Shown one piece after another: positions 8,300-17,915 of a DNA stretch of 32,000 bases (its first letter is position 1; the number at the start of each line of letters is the position of its first letter). Source of the stretch: Akkermansia muciniphila ATCC BAA-835 (GTDB lineage Bacteria > Verrucomicrobiota > Verrucomicrobiia > Verrucomicrobiales > Akkermansiaceae); assembly GCF_000020225.1 (NCBI RefSeq), contig NC_010655.1:1410001-1442000 (forward strand), read 5' to 3'. A model generated the notes under the pieces. The model did no database searches and was not told the origin of the DNA. It worked only from the letters and a program-made list of their open reading frames with translations. Both the position numbers and the translations under genes were made by a program.

Positions 8300-8668
8300 T
8301 TATTTCAGGCGCTTGGGTTCCGTAATGCGGAGAATGTGCTCTCCGGGAAGGGCTAGGTTGCCTTTGTCCCGGGCAATCATTTCAAAGTAGTGGGGATCCT
8401 GTGAGATCCAGATGAATTCGTTTTTTGCCTGTTCCATCTGCTCCCTGGATTTTTCCAGATGAGCCTGAAGGAAGGAACGTTCATGCTCCAGGGAGCGCAG
8501 ATCCTTCCATGGTTTGAAACACACCAGGGAAAGCAGCATCGTCAGGCACAGGGCCAGGACAATGGCAAAGAGGCGCAGGGCTCTCTGGACGATCAGGGCA
8601 CGTTTCTCCCGGCGGATTTCAAGCTCCGCCAGGGTAAAACGGTGGTAGTAGCGGCGTCTCCAGAGCAT
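8300..8668 (-). CDS. ftsB: septum formation initiator family protein (FtsB/DivIC-like)
   Basis: 122 aa with a single TM helix (LFAIVLALCLTMLLSLVCF) followed by a coiled coil (LEHERSFLQAHLEKSREQMEQAKNE) and IARDKGNL. It starts 28 nt downstream of eno, matching the conserved eno-ftsB arrangement. Confidence 0.65.
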   Translation of the reverse strand: MLWRRRYYHRFTLAELEIRREKRALIVQRALRLFAIVLALCLTMLLSLVCFKPWKDLRSLEHERSFLQAHLEKSREQMEQAKNEFIWISQDPHYFEMIARDKGNLALPGEHILRITEPKRLK

Positions 8669-8696
8669 TCCTTGCAGTCAAACAACATATTTTTGA

Positions 8697-10052
<1,356 letters not shown>

Positions 10053-10345
10053 TCATGTCCCTAGAAGTTCCGGTTTCAAAAGCAGGACTGACGCAGAACG
10101 GGGACGAAGCTTGCCGGCTTCTTCAGGGCCATGATGCCCCGCAGAATGAAGAGGTTCCCTTGCTGGGCATCCGCCTGCCCGTTCTTAGGAATTTTGCCGG
10201 GAAGAAGCTCAGGAGAATCTGGCAGGACAGGATGTCGGCGAGGTGCGTGGACCCTCAAAAGGGCAGGAGCAGCCGCTTTTACACGGCGGAAACTGCGGCA
10301 GGGGGGGAAGCTGCGCCGTTTCGTGACGCAGGGAAGGACGGCATG

Positions 10346-10378
10346 CCGGAACGGGGCCTTGATTCCGTCCCGTTCCGG
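10346..10378 (+). promoter_or_regulatory. GC-rich 10-bp hairpin (ccggaacggg-N13-cccgttccgg) in the dapL leader
   Basis: Read directly from the sequence. It lies 30 nt upstream of the dapL ATG and has no U-tail, so it is not a classic intrinsic terminator. Confidence 0.4.
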
Positions 10379-10408
10379 GTATGGAATGAGGCGCTTACTA
10401 TTAAAACC

Positions 10409-11650
10409 ATGCCTAACATTAACGATAACTTCCTCAAGTTGCAGGCGGGATATTTGTTCCCGGAAATAGGGCGCCGCGTGAATGCGTTTGCCGAATCCCA
10501 TCCGGAGGCGGCCAAAAGGCTGATTCGCTGCGGCATCGGCGATGTGACGGAGCCGCTTCCCATGGCGGCTATTGAAGCCATGCACCGGGCCGTGGATGAT
10601 TTGTCCACTCATGAACGTTTTCACGGCTATGGGCCGGAGCAGGGGTATTTCTGGCTGAGGGAGGCAATTGCCAAAAAAGCCTATCAGGCCCACGGCGTGC
10701 ATGTGGAAGTGGATGAGATTTACGTGTCTGACGGAGCCAAATGCGACACGGGAAACATTCTGGATATTTTCGGGCCCGGCAACAGAATCGCCGTGCCGGA
10801 TCCGGTTTATCCCGTGTATGTGGATACCAATGTCATGGCCGGGAATACCGGGAGTTCCAGCCCGGATGGTTCTTATGAAGGGCTGGTGTATCTGCCGTGC
10901 ACTCCGGAAAATAATTTTGTGCCGCAATTGCCTGATGAGCATGTGGATTTGATTTACCTGTGCTTCCCGAACAATCCTACCGGGGCCGTAGCTTCCCGGA
11001 ATGAACTGCTGAAATGGGTGGAATACGCCCGGGCGAACCGTGCCATTATCCTTTATGATTCCGCTTATGAGGCTTTCATACAGGATTCTTCCATTCCCAG
11101 ATCCATTTTTGAAATTCCCGGCGCGCGGGATTGCGCCATTGAGTTCCGTTCCTTCTCCAAGCAAGGAGGCTTTACAGGGGTGCGCTGCGGTTATGTGGTG
11201 ATTCCCAAGGAATTGCACGGATATGATTCCGAAGGGAACAAGGTTTCTATCAGCCGACTCTGGAGCCGCCGCACCAGCACGAAATTCAACGGCGCTTCCT
11301 ATATTGTCCAGCGGGGTGCCGCGGCTTTGTTCACCATGGAGGGCATGGCCCAGACTGCCGCGCTCATCAGCCATTACCTGGGGAATGCTTCGCTTCTGCT
11401 GAATGCCTGCCGTCAGGCGGGCATGCGCGTGTGGGGCGGGGAAAACGCCCCTTATGTATGGGTACAGTGTCCGGACGGTCTGGACAGCTGGCAAATGTTT
11501 GACAAGATGCTGCATGAGGCGAATGTGGTTATTACGCCTGGTTCCGGTTTTGGTTCCAGGGGGGAAGGGTTCTTCCGCATTTCCGCGTTTAATTCACGGG
11601 AAAACGTGGATGAAGTCTGCCGCCGCATCCACAGCCTGTTTGCCAGATAG
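10409..11650 (+). CDS. dapL: LL-diaminopimelate aminotransferase
   Basis: 413 aa with the canonical DapL N-terminus ([24 protein letters not shown]), followed by [13 protein letters not shown], the PLP lysine region [17 protein letters not shown], and [11 protein letters not shown]. The track ORF (10004) carries a 135-codon non-homologous extension. Confidence 0.9.
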   Translation: MPNINDNFLKLQAGYLFPEIGRRVNAFAESHPEAAKRLIRCGIGDVTEPLPMAAIEAMHRAVDDLSTHERFHGYGPEQGYFWLREAIAKKAYQAHGVHVEVDEIYVSDGAKCDTGNILDIFGPGNRIAVPDPVYPVYVDTNVMAGNTGSSSPDGSYEGLVYLPCTPENNFVPQLPDEHVDLIYLCFPNNPTGAVASRNELLKWVEYARANRAIILYDSAYEAFIQDSSIPRSIFEIPGARDCAIEFRSFSKQGGFTGVRCGYVVIPKELHGYDSEGNKVSISRLWSRRTSTKFNGASYIVQRGAAALFTMEGMAQTAALISHYLGNASLLLNACRQAGMRVWGGENAPYVWVQCPDGLDSWQMFDKMLHEANVVITPGSGFGSRGEGFFRISAFNSRENVDEVCRRIHSLFAR

Positions 11651-11674
11651 AAGGGCGTTTTCAGACAGATGTCC

Positions 11675-11712
11675 AGGCCGCGGTGCAAAACACCGCGGCC
11701 TGTGTATTTCTT
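11675..11712 (+). terminator. rho-independent terminator after dapL
   Basis: A perfect 11-bp stem (aggccgcggtg-caaaa-caccgcggcct) is followed by gtgtatttctttcc. Confidence 0.6.
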
Positions 11713-11911
11713 TCCGGGTGGGTTGATGACCGTGGCATTGTATTTCCTGCCGGGAGGGGAGTTCCTGTAAAAAGGTCATCTTCCTTTCTTACGGATTTGG
11801 ACCGGGAAAGAGCAGAGTCCGTTTTCAAGTGATGGGATTCCGGTAAAGGGGCGTTTCTATGGCATATTCGGCCCTTGCCCCCGTTCATTTGTACGGAGTA
11901 GGTTGTTGCTT

Positions 11912-13039
11912 ATGTCCCCGTGGGTGCGCATGAGTTCCTTTTTCCGGCAGGCTGCTTTTCCTGCATGTTGCGCCTGCCTGCTGTCTGTTGCTGGCACCAT
12001 CCGGGGGCAGGAAGGGGAAGCGGAGCTTCCTTCTGTGGAGCCGCTTTCCTGTGCGCATGCCCCAGATGGGAGGGTAACAGTTCGGGGGTCGGTTATGGGT
12101 ACGGTGTTCACGGTGCGCGCTTATCCCGGGAGTGGCATGGACGCGAAAGATGCGGAGAGGATTTGCGGGGAGGCTCTGGCCTGTGCCGTCCACTGGGAAA
12201 AAGTGATGTCCGCCATGGATGCGGAAAGCGGTCTGACCCGGCTTAATGCTGCGGAATACGGCATTTCCGTGCCTGTTTCTCCGGAATTGGAAAGGGTGCT
12301 TCTTCTGTCCCTGAATTATGCCCGGCTGACAAACGGTGCTTTTGATCCCACACTGGGACCCTGCATTCGCCTGTGGAAAAAGAGCCGCCGCCTTGGCGTC
12401 CTCCCGTCCGATGAGGAGCGGGAATGCGCGCTCCGGGCATGCGGATGGGAAAAGTTGTCCGTCCGTAAGGGAATGGCGGTCAAGGCGGTTTCTGGAATGA
12501 GGCTGGATTTGGGAGGCATGGGCAAGGGCTTTGCCGTGGACCGAATGGCGGAGATGTTGAAAACAAGGGGTATATGTTCCTTCTTCATAGACAGTACCAG
12601 CGATGTTCTGGCCGGCGCTCCTCCTCCCGGGGAACCGGGATGGCGGCTGCGGGTGGATACAGGAAGAGGGCAGGGGGAAGTGTTGCTGTTGAGCCATGCG
12701 GCCGTTTCCACTTCCGGGAGTGCCCGTCAGATGGTGAAAATTGGCGGGAAAGCGTATTCCCACGTGCTTGATCCCCGGTCGGGGCTGGGCGTTACGGAAG
12801 GGAGGCAGGTGAGCGTCCGGGCGTCTTCCGCTGCGCTGGCGGATGCCCTGGCGACGGCAGGGTGTGTGATGCGTGAGGAGGAGTTCCGTTCCCTGGCGGC
12901 CGGATTGCCGGGAGTGTCCGTTCCGGCCTTTTTTCAAAGTCCGCCATGTTCTGCGGGGGAAACGCAGAAACAGGATGGACTGCGGAAGGAGGGAGGAATG
13001 GGGTCAATGAAAGGAATGACAAAGCAACTACGTTTTTAA
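11912..13039 (+). CDS. apbE: FAD:protein FMN transferase (ApbE family), exported/lipoprotein-like
   Basis: ApbE motifs are present (GTVFTVRAY, FDPTLGP, LDLGGMGKGFAVDRMAEML, STSGSARQ, HVLDPRSG, ADALATA). The N-terminus is hydrophobic and Cys-containing. The start is ambiguous: TTG 11903, ATG 11912 or ATG 11930. Confidence 0.85.
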   Translation: MSPWVRMSSFFRQAAFPACCACLLSVAGTIRGQEGEAELPSVEPLSCAHAPDGRVTVRGSVMGTVFTVRAYPGSGMDAKDAERICGEALACAVHWEKVMSAMDAESGLTRLNAAEYGISVPVSPELERVLLLSLNYARLTNGAFDPTLGPCIRLWKKSRRLGVLPSDEERECALRACGWEKLSVRKGMAVKAVSGMRLDLGGMGKGFAVDRMAEMLKTRGICSFFIDSTSDVLAGAPPPGEPGWRLRVDTGRGQGEVLLLSHAAVSTSGSARQMVKIGGKAYSHVLDPRSGLGVTEGRQVSVRASSAALADALATAGCVMREEEFRSLAAGLPGVSVPAFFQSPPCSAGETQKQDGLRKEGGMGSMKGMTKQLRF

Positions 13040-13062
13040 GGTACACCTTTATAACCCTGTTT

Positions 13063-14664
13063 ATGAGATTGTACCATTTTTTACTCCCTGCCGTTGTCAG
13101 CGCTGCCGTATCTGCGTCATTTGGGGCAGAGTTCCCTAATCCCTATCCTGCGCCCGCTCCCGGTGTCCGCCTGACTCCAGAGATTCCGCTTTCACCCTCC
13201 ATTAATGGCGCCCGTATCGTCGGGGCTACCCCCGGTTCCCGCATGCTGTTCCAGGTTCCCGTCTCCGGGGAGCGGCCCATGAAAATTCAGGCAACAGGGC
13301 TGCCCCCAGGCCTGAAGATGGATTCGCGCGGATTGATTTCGGGTACCGCTCCGTCCGGGAAGAGGGAATACAAGGTAAATATCCAGGCTTCCAACAGGCA
13401 TGGAAAGGACATGAAGGAGCTGATTCTGAAGGTGGGGGACGAATTGTGCCTGACTCCGCCCATGGGCTGGAGCAGCTGGTATTCCTACAGTGAGGCCGTA
13501 GGGGAGGATAATGTGCTGAAGACGGCACGGCTTTTTGTGGAACGGGGTCTGGTCAATCATGGCTGGGCCTATATCAACATTGACGACTGCTGGCAGGGCA
13601 GGCGCGGAGGGAAGTATGGCGCCATTCAACCCAATAAGCGTTTTCCTGACATGAAGGCCATGTGCGACGCTATTCACGCCATGGGCATGAAAGCGGGCAT
13701 TTATTCCACGCCTTGGATGGGAACGTATGCCGGTTTTATCGGAGGGAGCGCGCCCAACGCTAAGCCGGACTACGGGGAAATGGCCATTCCGGAAAAGGAG
13801 CGCAAGCAGGAGGATCAAATCTTTGGAAGTTATCCGGGAGTTCATCGCAGAAAGGCGGATCATGTGGGAGCCGTCTGGCTGTTTGACCGTGACGCTAAAC
13901 AATGGGCGGATTGGGGGTTCGATTATGTGAAAGTGGATTGGAATCCCAACGATGTGTCTACGACAAAGCGCATCCGCAAGGCGCTGGACGAGTCCGGGAG
14001 GGATATCGTGCTCAGCCTGTCCAATGCCGCCCCGTACGAACATGTGGAAGAGCTGGGCAAGCTGGCGAATTTATGGCGGACGACGGGGGATATCCAGGAT
14101 CACTGGGGCAGCGTCAGCGGCATCGGTTTTTCCCAGGAACGCTGGCAGAAGCATATGCGCCCGGGACATTGGAATGATCCGGACATCCTCCAGATCGGGA
14201 AGCTGGGCAAACCCAACCAGCCCAACACCACGTTTGTCCAGACGCGGCTGACTCCGGATGAACAGTACACCCATGTGACCCTGTGGTGCCTGCTGTCCGC
14301 TCCGCTCATCGTCTCCTGTGATTTGGAGCATATTGATTCGTTTACGATGGGACTGCTTACCAATGATGAGGTGATAGCGGTGGATCAGGATCCGGCTGCC
14401 CGTCCCGCCCGCAAAGCGTGGCACCAGGGGAATTTCCAGGTGTGGATGAAGGAGTTGTCCGACGGTTCCGTGGCGGCTGGCTTTTTCAATACCGGGAAGG
14501 AGAAAGGAATTTTGAAGGTGAATCTGAAGGAGCTGGGGCTTTCCGGAGCGTATGAGGCAAGGGACCTCTGGAAACGCGCTGACCAGGGGACCGTACAGGG
14601 AGATATGGCGGTAGAATTGAACGGGCATGGAGCATCCATGTTCCGGTTCAGCAAAAAGAAGTAA
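13063..14664 (+). CDS. secreted GH27-family alpha-galactosidase / alpha-N-acetylgalactosaminidase with N-terminal Ig-like domain
   Basis: A signal peptide (MRLYHFLLPAVVSAAVSASFG) is followed by an Ig-like module (ATGLPPGLKMDSRGLISGTAP). The melibiase core follows (PPMGWSSWYSY, YINIDDCWQG, YVKVDW), then a C-terminal beta-sandwich. I start at ATG 13063; the track start at 12946 overlaps the apbE tail. Confidence 0.85.
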   Translation: MRLYHFLLPAVVSAAVSASFGAEFPNPYPAPAPGVRLTPEIPLSPSINGARIVGATPGSRMLFQVPVSGERPMKIQATGLPPGLKMDSRGLISGTAPSGKREYKVNIQASNRHGKDMKELILKVGDELCLTPPMGWSSWYSYSEAVGEDNVLKTARLFVERGLVNHGWAYINIDDCWQGRRGGKYGAIQPNKRFPDMKAMCDAIHAMGMKAGIYSTPWMGTYAGFIGGSAPNAKPDYGEMAIPEKERKQEDQIFGSYPGVHRRKADHVGAVWLFDRDAKQWADWGFDYVKVDWNPNDVSTTKRIRKALDESGRDIVLSLSNAAPYEHVEELGKLANLWRTTGDIQDHWGSVSGIGFSQERWQKHMRPGHWNDPDILQIGKLGKPNQPNTTFVQTRLTPDEQYTHVTLWCLLSAPLIVSCDLEHIDSFTMGLLTNDEVIAVDQDPAARPARKAWHQGNFQVWMKELSDGSVAAGFFNTGKEKGILKVNLKELGLSGAYEARDLWKRADQGTVQGDMAVELNGHGASMFRFSKKK

Positions 14665-14690
14665 CGGGAAGGAGACGGCTCTGTATTCAT

Positions 14691-14720
14691 TCAGGGGCGG
14701 CGGGGATATGCCGCCCCTGA
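14691..14720 (+). terminator. GC-rich hairpin 27 nt downstream of the GH27 stop
   Basis: The stem is tcaggggcggc-ggggatat-gccgcccctga, 11 bp. There is no clear U-tract. Confidence 0.4.
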
Positions 14721-14921
14721 AGCCTGTGGCAGGGGAGGCTTTTCATTGAACCGGCATCCATAGAAATAAGCCTTCTGCACAAAATCCCACTTTTACAGTA
14801 CCTGTCGGCGGATTGCCGGATTCCAGGAGGGGCAGGAGGGGCAGTGAATGCCTCCCCCGCACCAGAGCTTGCGCTTCAATTCCGGAAAGTTTTCTCCGGC
14901 AGGCCTTTGTTATTGTGTAAT

Positions 14922-14956
14922 AAAAAACCGCTCCGGCAGATCCGGAGCGGTTCTTA
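14922..14956 (-). terminator. rho-independent terminator for the 74-aa minus-strand ORF (structurally bidirectional)
   Basis: The stem aaccgctccgg/ccggagcggtt (14926-14936 / 14942-14952) is 11 bp. On the minus strand it is followed by ttttttatt (the A-run at 14922-14927 on plus). Confidence 0.6.
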
Positions 14957-15002
14957 TAAAAGAGATTGATGTGACTTGCCTTAATCTCTCCCGACAGCTT
15001 TT

Positions 15003-15227
15003 CTAGGCGGCAATGCCGAAATGCTGCTGAATGGAGGCGAAAATCTTGTCGCGACGGGCGCGGGCTTTTTCAATGTCACGGGTTTTCAGCGAGAATCTCA
15101 GGCGTTCCGCCGTGGAGTCCGGCTTGTGAACCGTAACGTGGCACCACCAAACCCCCCTGTTGTTCCACAGGTGGTGGTTGGGGTTGTCATCATTAATTCT
15201 AAGAGCGATTTTGGTTTGGGCTTTCAT
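15003..15227 (-). CDS. small hypothetical protein resembling a tyrosine-integrase N-terminal arm-binding domain
   Basis: 74 aa with an ATG start and its own strong terminator 50 nt downstream. The pattern HHLWNNRGVWWCHVTVH...ERLRFSLKTRDIEKARARRDKIF resembles the beta-beta-beta-alpha N-terminal domain of phage-type integrases (xWWxRF..xGKRxRxSLxTxDxxxAxxR). No catalytic domain follows. This similarity is judged by eye only. Confidence 0.45.
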   Translation of the reverse strand: MKAQTKIALRINDDNPNHHLWNNRGVWWCHVTVHKPDSTAERLRFSLKTRDIEKARARRDKIFASIQQHFGIAA

Positions 15228-15426
15228 CTGTGTGATCTTTTCCAGTAGAGGACGTATTGTTTACGTCCGTTGGCATATTAATGTTTCAATAAAACCTTCA
15301 ACTTGGAGGTGCCTCACTTAAGCAGATGATCCCTTGTCTTTTTGGACATCTTTTTCTGCCAGTTGCTCACCTCGTTGAAGCCTTAGAGTTCAAGTGGTGG
15401 AACAACGTTCAAAAAAAGAATCTTTT

Positions 15427-15690
15427 TTACAGGAGACCTACTTTTTTAAGAGTGTTGTAAGCACCGTTCTTGTTGATCGTACGCAGGGCCTTGGCGGAAA
15501 TCTTCATTTTCACGAATTGACCGAGTTCAGGAACCCAGATGCGCTTCTCCTGAAGGTTGGGGAAAACGGTACGATTGACAGTCTTAGTGACGTGACGACC
15601 AATACCGCCCTTTTTCTTGGCAAGACCGGAGCGATGGATACGACGACCTTTGTGAGGCATGGTACCTCTGATGATGCAAATTCGGGACAT
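15427..15690 (-). CDS. rpmB: 50S ribosomal protein L28
   Basis: 87 aa and collinear with bacterial L28 (MSRICIIRG...NRTVFPNLQEKRIWVPELGQFVKMKISAKALRTINKNG). Confidence 0.9.
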   Translation of the reverse strand: MSRICIIRGTMPHKGRRIHRSGLAKKKGGIGRHVTKTVNRTVFPNLQEKRIWVPELGQFVKMKISAKALRTINKNGAYNTLKKVGLL

Positions 15691-15724
15691 GGCAATCGAA
15701 GTTATTTGTTAATGCGAGAGAGAT

Positions 15725-15752
15725 AATCTAGCGTATTTTTGCCTAAGGTCAA
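15725..15752 (-). promoter_or_regulatory. candidate sigma70-type promoter for rpmB (TTGACC-N16-TAGATT)
   Basis: On the minus strand, TTGACC (15752-15747) and TAGATT (15730-15725) are separated by 16 nt. This leaves a 5' UTR of about 30 nt before the rpmB ATG at 15690. The call rests on pattern match only. Confidence 0.35.
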
Positions 15753-16145
15753 GAACAACCGGACGAAAGCCCTGGAATTTATCCTGGACTGTACGGAAGC
15801 ATGCCTTTTCTTTTGCGCGAACTCCGGTTTTTTCTCCCATGATGAAGAGGGGTTGCAGAGACGGTGAGCTGAAAGCGGGAGGGGGCTGATCCGGGAAGAT
15901 GAACGGTACCGCAGACAAAGAGGAGAATGAGGCGTTCTTCCATATTTTTTCCGGACTTCCGCCGTGGGAGCAGGGGCTGGCCGGATAGCCGGGCCGGATG
16001 AAGGCCTTTCACCGCAGGAAAAGTGCAGAACACGGGAAAGATGGCCCCCTTTGGTTTTTTCACGGCAGCGGCATATGGCTGCCTGCTTCCGGGTAAAACG
16101 TATCCGGCGCTTGCACGGAGGGGCGTTCCATGAGAAATTGAAAGC

Positions 16146-17147
16146 ATGAGTGAGAATCATTATGCAGAGTTTTCCGAATGCAGTATGAAGCCCCAGGAGG
16201 TGCTGGAATATGTTTCCGGCCCCATTCCCGTTCCGGAGGAGGGAGAAGTTCTGGTCCGGATGAAGGCGGCTCCGATCAACCCGGCGGACATCAATTTTGT
16301 ACAGGGAGTTTATGGCCTGAAGCCCGTGCTGCCGCACTCCCGCGCCGGCCTGGAAGGCTGCGGCGTGGTACAGGAATCTCGCGCAGCGGGATTTCGAGAG
16401 GGAGATGAAGTGATTCTCCTGCGCGGCGTGGGTTCCTGGAGCGAGTATGTGGCGGTTCCCTCCGTGAATGTCATGAAGCTCCCGGTGAAGGTAGATCCCG
16501 TCCAGGCGGCCATGCTGAAGGTGAATCCCCTGACCGCTCTGCGCATGCTGGAAGGGTTCGTTTCCCTGGAACCGGGGGATTGGCTGGTGCAGAATGCCGC
16601 CAATTCCGGAGTGGGAAGGTGCATTATTCAACTGGCCCGTGAAATGGGCGTGAAGACAGTGAATTTTGTGAGAAGGCCGGATGAATTGAGGGATGAATTG
16701 ACTGCGCTGGGCGCCGATCTGGTGGTGGGAGAGGATGACGGGGATGTGGTGAAGAATACGCTGGCCCGCCTGGATGGAAAGAGGCCTGTGCTGGCTTCCA
16801 ATGCCGTGGGCGGGGAAAGCGCCCTGCGCCTGATGGATATGCTGGCTCCCGGTGGAAGCATGGTGACGTACGGAGCCATGAGCCGGAAGAGCATCAAGGT
16901 GCCGAACGGTTTTCTGATTTTCAAGGGTATTAAACTGGAGGGCCTGTGGGTGACGCAGTGGCTTAAGAATGCCCCTGTTTCAGAGATTGAGGCCGCCTAT
17001 GAGAAACTGGCGCGCCTGATGGCGGACGGCAGGTTGAAGCAGGCTGTGGATACCGTTTATCCGCTAAGCGATGTGCGGAAGGCTGTGGAGAAGGCGCAGG
17101 AGGAGTTCCGCAGCGGCAAGGTGGTGCTTAGCATGGATTGCGCCTGA
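16146..17147 (+). CDS. MDR-superfamily NADPH-dependent trans-2-enoyl thioester reductase (MECR/Etr1-like)
   Basis: It is collinear along its whole length with eukaryotic MECR/Etr1 as I recall them (AAPINPADINFVQGVYG, QNAANSGVG..IQLA, VNFVRRPDE, NAVGGES, GGSMVTYGAMS, LIFKGIKLEGLWVTQW). An alternative start is ATG 16185 (MKPQEV). Confidence 0.85.
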   Translation: MSENHYAEFSECSMKPQEVLEYVSGPIPVPEEGEVLVRMKAAPINPADINFVQGVYGLKPVLPHSRAGLEGCGVVQESRAAGFREGDEVILLRGVGSWSEYVAVPSVNVMKLPVKVDPVQAAMLKVNPLTALRMLEGFVSLEPGDWLVQNAANSGVGRCIIQLAREMGVKTVNFVRRPDELRDELTALGADLVVGEDDGDVVKNTLARLDGKRPVLASNAVGGESALRLMDMLAPGGSMVTYGAMSRKSIKVPNGFLIFKGIKLEGLWVTQWLKNAPVSEIEAAYEKLARLMADGRLKQAVDTVYPLSDVRKAVEKAQEEFRSGKVVLSMDCA

Positions 17148-17465
17148 TGCGTGGAAAGGGAGTTTTTGCGCTTTCCCGTGCTGCGGAATGCTGGAAGGAT
17201 TTTTTCAGCGTTCCGTGGTTTGGGTAGTATTGGCTGCTGGCCTGGATGATGGCGGGGCTGAACTTTTATTCCATCTGGCAGGCAGGCGATTTGTTCTGGA
17301 AAAAAGCCGTTTTGCCCGGAAAGGTCTGTGTACGGAGGGAATGGTGCGGAGCGTCACGAAGGATACGGTGCGGTTGTGGCGCCATTCGCGGATCATGAAC
17401 CCGTCCGGGCTTTCTCTGGATGTCTGGGCACCGGAAGTGCGTTCCCATCCGCAGACCCGGGAGGG

Positions 17466-17483
17466 ACGGCGCGTGCGCGCCGT
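17466..17483. terminator. palindromic GC hairpin (acggcgcg-tg-cgcgccgt) 7 nt downstream of the ruvX stop
   Basis: Read directly from the sequence. The tail on plus is ttggttt and on minus is ccctccc. It sits at the junction of the convergent enoyl-reductase and ruvX transcription units. Confidence 0.35.
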
Positions 17484-17489
17484 TTGGTT

Positions 17490-17915
17490 TCAGCCCAGCG
17501 TGGAATCAAGCCAGGTGTTGAGTATTTCCACAGCGGCTACCTGGTCGATGATGGGGCGGAAGTTTTTTGCCTTTTTGCCGGCGGCGTGCAGTTTTTCCTG
17601 GGCAATGACGGTGGTGAGGCATTCATCCATGAAAATCAGGGGAAGGCCTGGAAGGGCTGCGGCCAGTTCCCTGCCGAATGCACGCACCTTGGCTGCGGCG
17701 GTCCCTTCCGTGCCGTCCATGCGGACGGGAAGGCCCAGCACCAGGGTGCGTATTCCCCGTTCCTGGACGAGCTGGACAATGCGGGAAATTCCGTCCGTCT
17801 GATGCCTGTGGATAGTTTCTACGGGATGGGCCATGATGCCCACGGGGTCCGTGGCGGCAATGCCGATGCGGGCTTCTCCGTAGTCGATGCCCAGGGCGGG
17901 GTGCGGACTGGTCAT
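17490..17915 (-). CDS. ruvX: Holliday junction resolvase-like nuclease RuvX/YqgF
   Basis: 141 aa with YqgF motifs (ALGIDYGEARIGIA, LVLGLPVRMDGTEG, DECLTT, DQVAAVEILN). Its ATG overlaps the manC stop as ATGA (17912-17915). Confidence 0.9.
   Translation of the reverse strand: MTSPHPALGIDYGEARIGIAATDPVGIMAHPVETIHRHQTDGISRIVQLVQERGIRTLVLGLPVRMDGTEGTAAAKVRAFGRELAAALPGLPLIFMDECLTTVIAQEKLHAAGKKAKNFRPIIDQVAAVEILNTWLDSTLG

Noticed and set aside
14824-14844. A tandem 9-mer, caggagggg, in 2.3 copies.
   Set aside because: It is too short and too low in copy number to be a meaningful repeat array or CRISPR. I mention it only as context for the 14665-15426 finding.
14749-15006. Read-through of the 74-aa ORF's TAG stop. 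The same minus-strand frame stays open for about 86 more codons (minus-strand span 15002 down to about 14745), which suggests a truncated integrase pseudogene.
   Set aside because: The downstream translation (EKLSGEIKASHINLFYKNRSGSAG...) shows no integrase core-binding or catalytic motifs, and it runs straight through a strong terminator hairpin. It is most likely a chance open frame.
15702-16147. ORFs within the rpmB/enoyl-reductase spacer: 15709-15918(-) 69 aa, 15779-16147(-) 122 aa and 15964-16149(+) 61 aa.
   Set aside because: Their compositions are Arg/Pro/Ser/Gly-rich, and they have no recognisable motifs, RBS or sensible starts. They overlap one another in different frames. The spacer is reported as an unexplained region instead.
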